Positions 46,168 through 48,449 of a stretch of 48,449 nucleotides of DNA are shown here, in pieces. Made by a program: the position numbers and the translations under genes. This DNA is from Acidobacteria bacterium RIFCSPLOWO2_12_FULL_67_14b (GTDB lineage Bacteria; Acidobacteriota; Vicinamibacteria; Vicinamibacterales; UBA2999), in NCBI GenBank assembly GCA_001768615.1, contig MELE01000041.1, positions 43,108-91,556 on the forward strand, written 5' to 3'. Every line of letters starts with the position of its first letter. Position 1 is the stretch's first letter. Below the pieces are notes generated by a model, which did no database searches, had not been told where the DNA came from, and saw only the letters and a list, made by a program, of their open reading frames with translations.

Positions 46168-47910
46168 ATGGCGGCCCGCCTCGTGGCCTATCTGGTGGCG
46201 TGCATCGTCGGCGTCACCTTCATCGCCGGGCTCATCGTCGGCGCCCAGCGCGAAGACGACGGCGCGGTCGATCTGATCGTGATCAACGGCCGCGTGTATC
46301 CGGGTACGGGCGACATCGAGCTCGCCGAGGCCGTGGCCGTGCGCGGCAACAAGGTGATTCGCGTCGGCAGCAACCGCGAGATCCAGCGGCTGCGCCGCGC
46401 GCAAACCACCGTGATCGACGCCAGGGGCGGCGCGGTGGTTCCGGGCTTCAACGACGCGCACGCGCATTTCATCAGCGGCGGCCTCGCCCTCGATCAGGTG
46501 AGCCTGCTCGAGGCCACGACCCTCGACGACATCCGGGACACGGTCCGCGTGTGGGCCGAGGCGCATCCCGAGCGCGACTGGATTGTCGGCCGTGGCTGGT
46601 ACTATCAGCCGTTCGCCGGCGGCCTCCCCACGCGCCAGCTGCTCGATGCGCTGGTGCCCGATCGCCCCGCGTACCTCACCGCCTACGACGGCCACACCGG
46701 ATGGGCGAATTCGCGCGCGTTGAAGCTGGCGGGGATCACGCGGCGGACGAAGAACCCCGCCAACGGGATCGTGGTCCGCGATCCGCGCACCGGCGAGCCG
46801 ACCGGCGTGCTCAAGGAGGGCGCGATGCAGCTGATGCGCGCCGCCGCGCCGCAGTCCACCCGCGAAGACAAGGTCGCCGCGATCCGCGCCGGCCTCGGCG
46901 AAGCCCATCGGTTCGGCGTCACCAGCGTGCAGAACGCCGGCGGCTCGCCGGAAGACCTGCAGCTTTACGACGAGCTGCGCAAGCGCGGCGAGCTCACGCT
47001 GCGCGTCTACCAGGCGCTCTCGGCAAACGCGTCGCTCACCGAAGCGGATCTCGATCGGCTCGACGATGTGCGGACACGGTTCGCCGACGATCCGCTGTTG
47101 AAGACGGGGGCCGTGAAGCTGATGGCCGACGGCGTGATCGAGTCGCACACCGCGGCGATGCTGGACCCCTACGCGAACCGTCCCTCGACCAGGGGCGCCC
47201 CGAATTTCACGCCCGAGCAGTTGAACCGCGTGGTGGCGATGCTCGACCGCCGCGGCTGGCAGGTCATGACCCACGCCATCGGCGACGCGGCGGTGCGGAT
47301 GGCGCTGGACGCCTACGAGGCGGCGGCCGAGGCCAATCCCGCCCCGGAACGCGGGCGCCGCCATCGGATCGAGCACATCGAAACCGTCGACGTGGCGGAC
47401 ATCATGCGCTTCGGCGCGCTGGGCGTGATCGCGTCGATGCAGCCGCTGCACGGCTTGCCCAGCCCCACGCCCGACGATGTGTGGAGCACCAGCCTCGGCC
47501 CCGAGCGCGCCGCGCGCGGCTGGGTGTGGCACAGCATCGCCAGGGGCGGCGGCAGGCTCGCATTCGGGAGCGACTGGCCAGTCGTGACGATCGATCCGCT
47601 CATGGGCCTGCACGCCGCCATCAACCGGACGACGCTGGACGGGCTGCCGGCGGGTGCGTGGCTGCCCGCTGAACGCCTCCCGCTTCGCACGGCGATCGAC
47701 GCCTACACGCGCGACGCGGCGTGGGCCTCGTACGACGAGCTGCGCAAGGGCACGCTCACGCGCGACATGCTCGCCGACCTCGTCGTGCTGTCGGAAGACA
47801 TCTTCGAGCTGCCGCCGGCCCGCATCACCGACGCCCACGTCGTCGTGACCATCGTCGACGGCAAGGTCGTCTACCGGCGCGATTCCGCGGACGCCACGAC
47901 CACTCACTAG
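46168..47910 (+). CDS. Amidohydrolase 3 family (YtcJ-like)
   Basis: PGFNDAHAH, DGH..W.NS.AL, K..ADG, HAIGD, RIEH, FGSDWP. Confidence 0.9.
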   Translation: MAARLVAYLVACIVGVTFIAGLIVGAQREDDGAVDLIVINGRVYPGTGDIELAEAVAVRGNKVIRVGSNREIQRLRRAQTTVIDARGGAVVPGFNDAHAHFISGGLALDQVSLLEATTLDDIRDTVRVWAEAHPERDWIVGRGWYYQPFAGGLPTRQLLDALVPDRPAYLTAYDGHTGWANSRALKLAGITRRTKNPANGIVVRDPRTGEPTGVLKEGAMQLMRAAAPQSTREDKVAAIRAGLGEAHRFGVTSVQNAGGSPEDLQLYDELRKRGELTLRVYQALSANASLTEADLDRLDDVRTRFADDPLLKTGAVKLMADGVIESHTAAMLDPYANRPSTRGAPNFTPEQLNRVVAMLDRRGWQVMTHAIGDAAVRMALDAYEAAAEANPAPERGRRHRIEHIETVDVADIMRFGALGVIASMQPLHGLPSPTPDDVWSTSLGPERAARGWVWHSIARGGGRLAFGSDWPVVTIDPLMGLHAAINRTTLDGLPAGAWLPAERLPLRTAIDAYTRDAAWASYDELRKGTLTRDMLADLVVLSEDIFELPPARITDAHVVVTIVDGKVVYRRDSADATTTH

Positions 47911-47934
47911 CGGCTTCACAGACACCCAGCCCCG

Positions 47935-48449
47935 ATGGAGAGCTACGCCCGCGGCCCTCGCTCGCCGCTGCTGGCCGCCACGATCGGCGAGTTGCTGGCC
48001 GCCACTGCCGAACGGGTGCCGGGCGCGCTGGCGCTCGTCTCGCGTCATCAGAACCAGCGCTTCACCTACGCGCAGTTGCTCGCCGCCGTCGACCGCACTG
48101 CCGGCGGGCTGATCGATCTCGGCCTGGTGCCGGGCGATCGGATCGGCGTGTGGTCCACCAACTGCGTGGAATGGATCCTCTTGCAGCTGGGCGCCGCGCG
48201 GGCCGGCATCGTGCTCGTGAACGTCAACCCGGCATACCGGTCCCACGAGCTGGGCTACGTGCTGCGCAAGTCCGCCATGAAGGCGCTGTTTCTCTGGCCG
48301 GAAGACGCGCGATCGAACTACCGGCAGATCCTCGACGAGGCGCGCCCCGGCAACGACGCCGCCCTCCGGCACGCCATCGACTTCGACGGGGAACCCTGGC
48401 GGCGCCTCCGCGCCAGCGGCACCCGGCCGGACGCGCCGATCGATCCGCA
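47935..48449 (+). CDS. AMP-binding acyl-CoA synthetase, 3'-truncated by the window edge
   Basis: Own translation: MESYARG..TIGELL..RFTYAQL..GLVPGDRIGVWSTN..EW..QLGAARAG.VLVNVNPAYR..EL. Confidence 0.85.
   Translation, partial: MESYARGPRSPLLAATIGELLAATAERVPGALALVSRHQNQRFTYAQLLAAVDRTAGGLIDLGLVPGDRIGVWSTNCVEWILLQLGAARAGIVLVNVNPAYRSHELGYVLRKSAMKALFLWPEDARSNYRQILDEARPGNDAALRHAIDFDGEPWRRLRASGTRPDAPIDP

Noticed and set aside
45289-48372. 1027-aa minus-strand ORF, and similar long ORFs at 8437-10422, 42216-44639, 12013-13827 and 5423-7027
   Set aside because: These are antisense shadows of well-supported genes. They are expected in high-GC DNA and show no recognisable motifs.

Overview
GC-rich bacterial chromosomal window. 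GC content looks roughly 70% by eye and was not computed. Gene content suggests an Acidobacteriota (Vicinamibacterales-like) organism, which is an inference. About 47 CDS/pseudogenes are mostly housekeeping or envelope genes: pduO-hpnC-hpnD-(hpnE), short mutY and mutT, ygfZ, an Aas-like acyl-ligase/ACP/acyltransferase fusion, an M16 peptidase pair, lpdA-E2-lipB, HU, queF, panE and an amidohydrolase. There is also a SNF2 helicase plus N6-adenine methyltransferase pair resembling DISARM drmD/drmMI without the other DISARM genes. No rRNA, tRNA, CRISPR array or transposase was seen. The most striking unexplained structure is a dense layer of small repeats: at least three families of REP-like palindromes sit in frame inside protein-coding genes, nest inside one another and supply stop codons, and short tandem arrays in inverted pairs bracket single genes (a STAS gene and a pseudokinase). 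Other points of interest are an in-frame TAG in a sigma-54 activator, two divergent sigma-54 promoters, overlapping bidirectional leaderless promoters, and several apparent pseudoenzymes.
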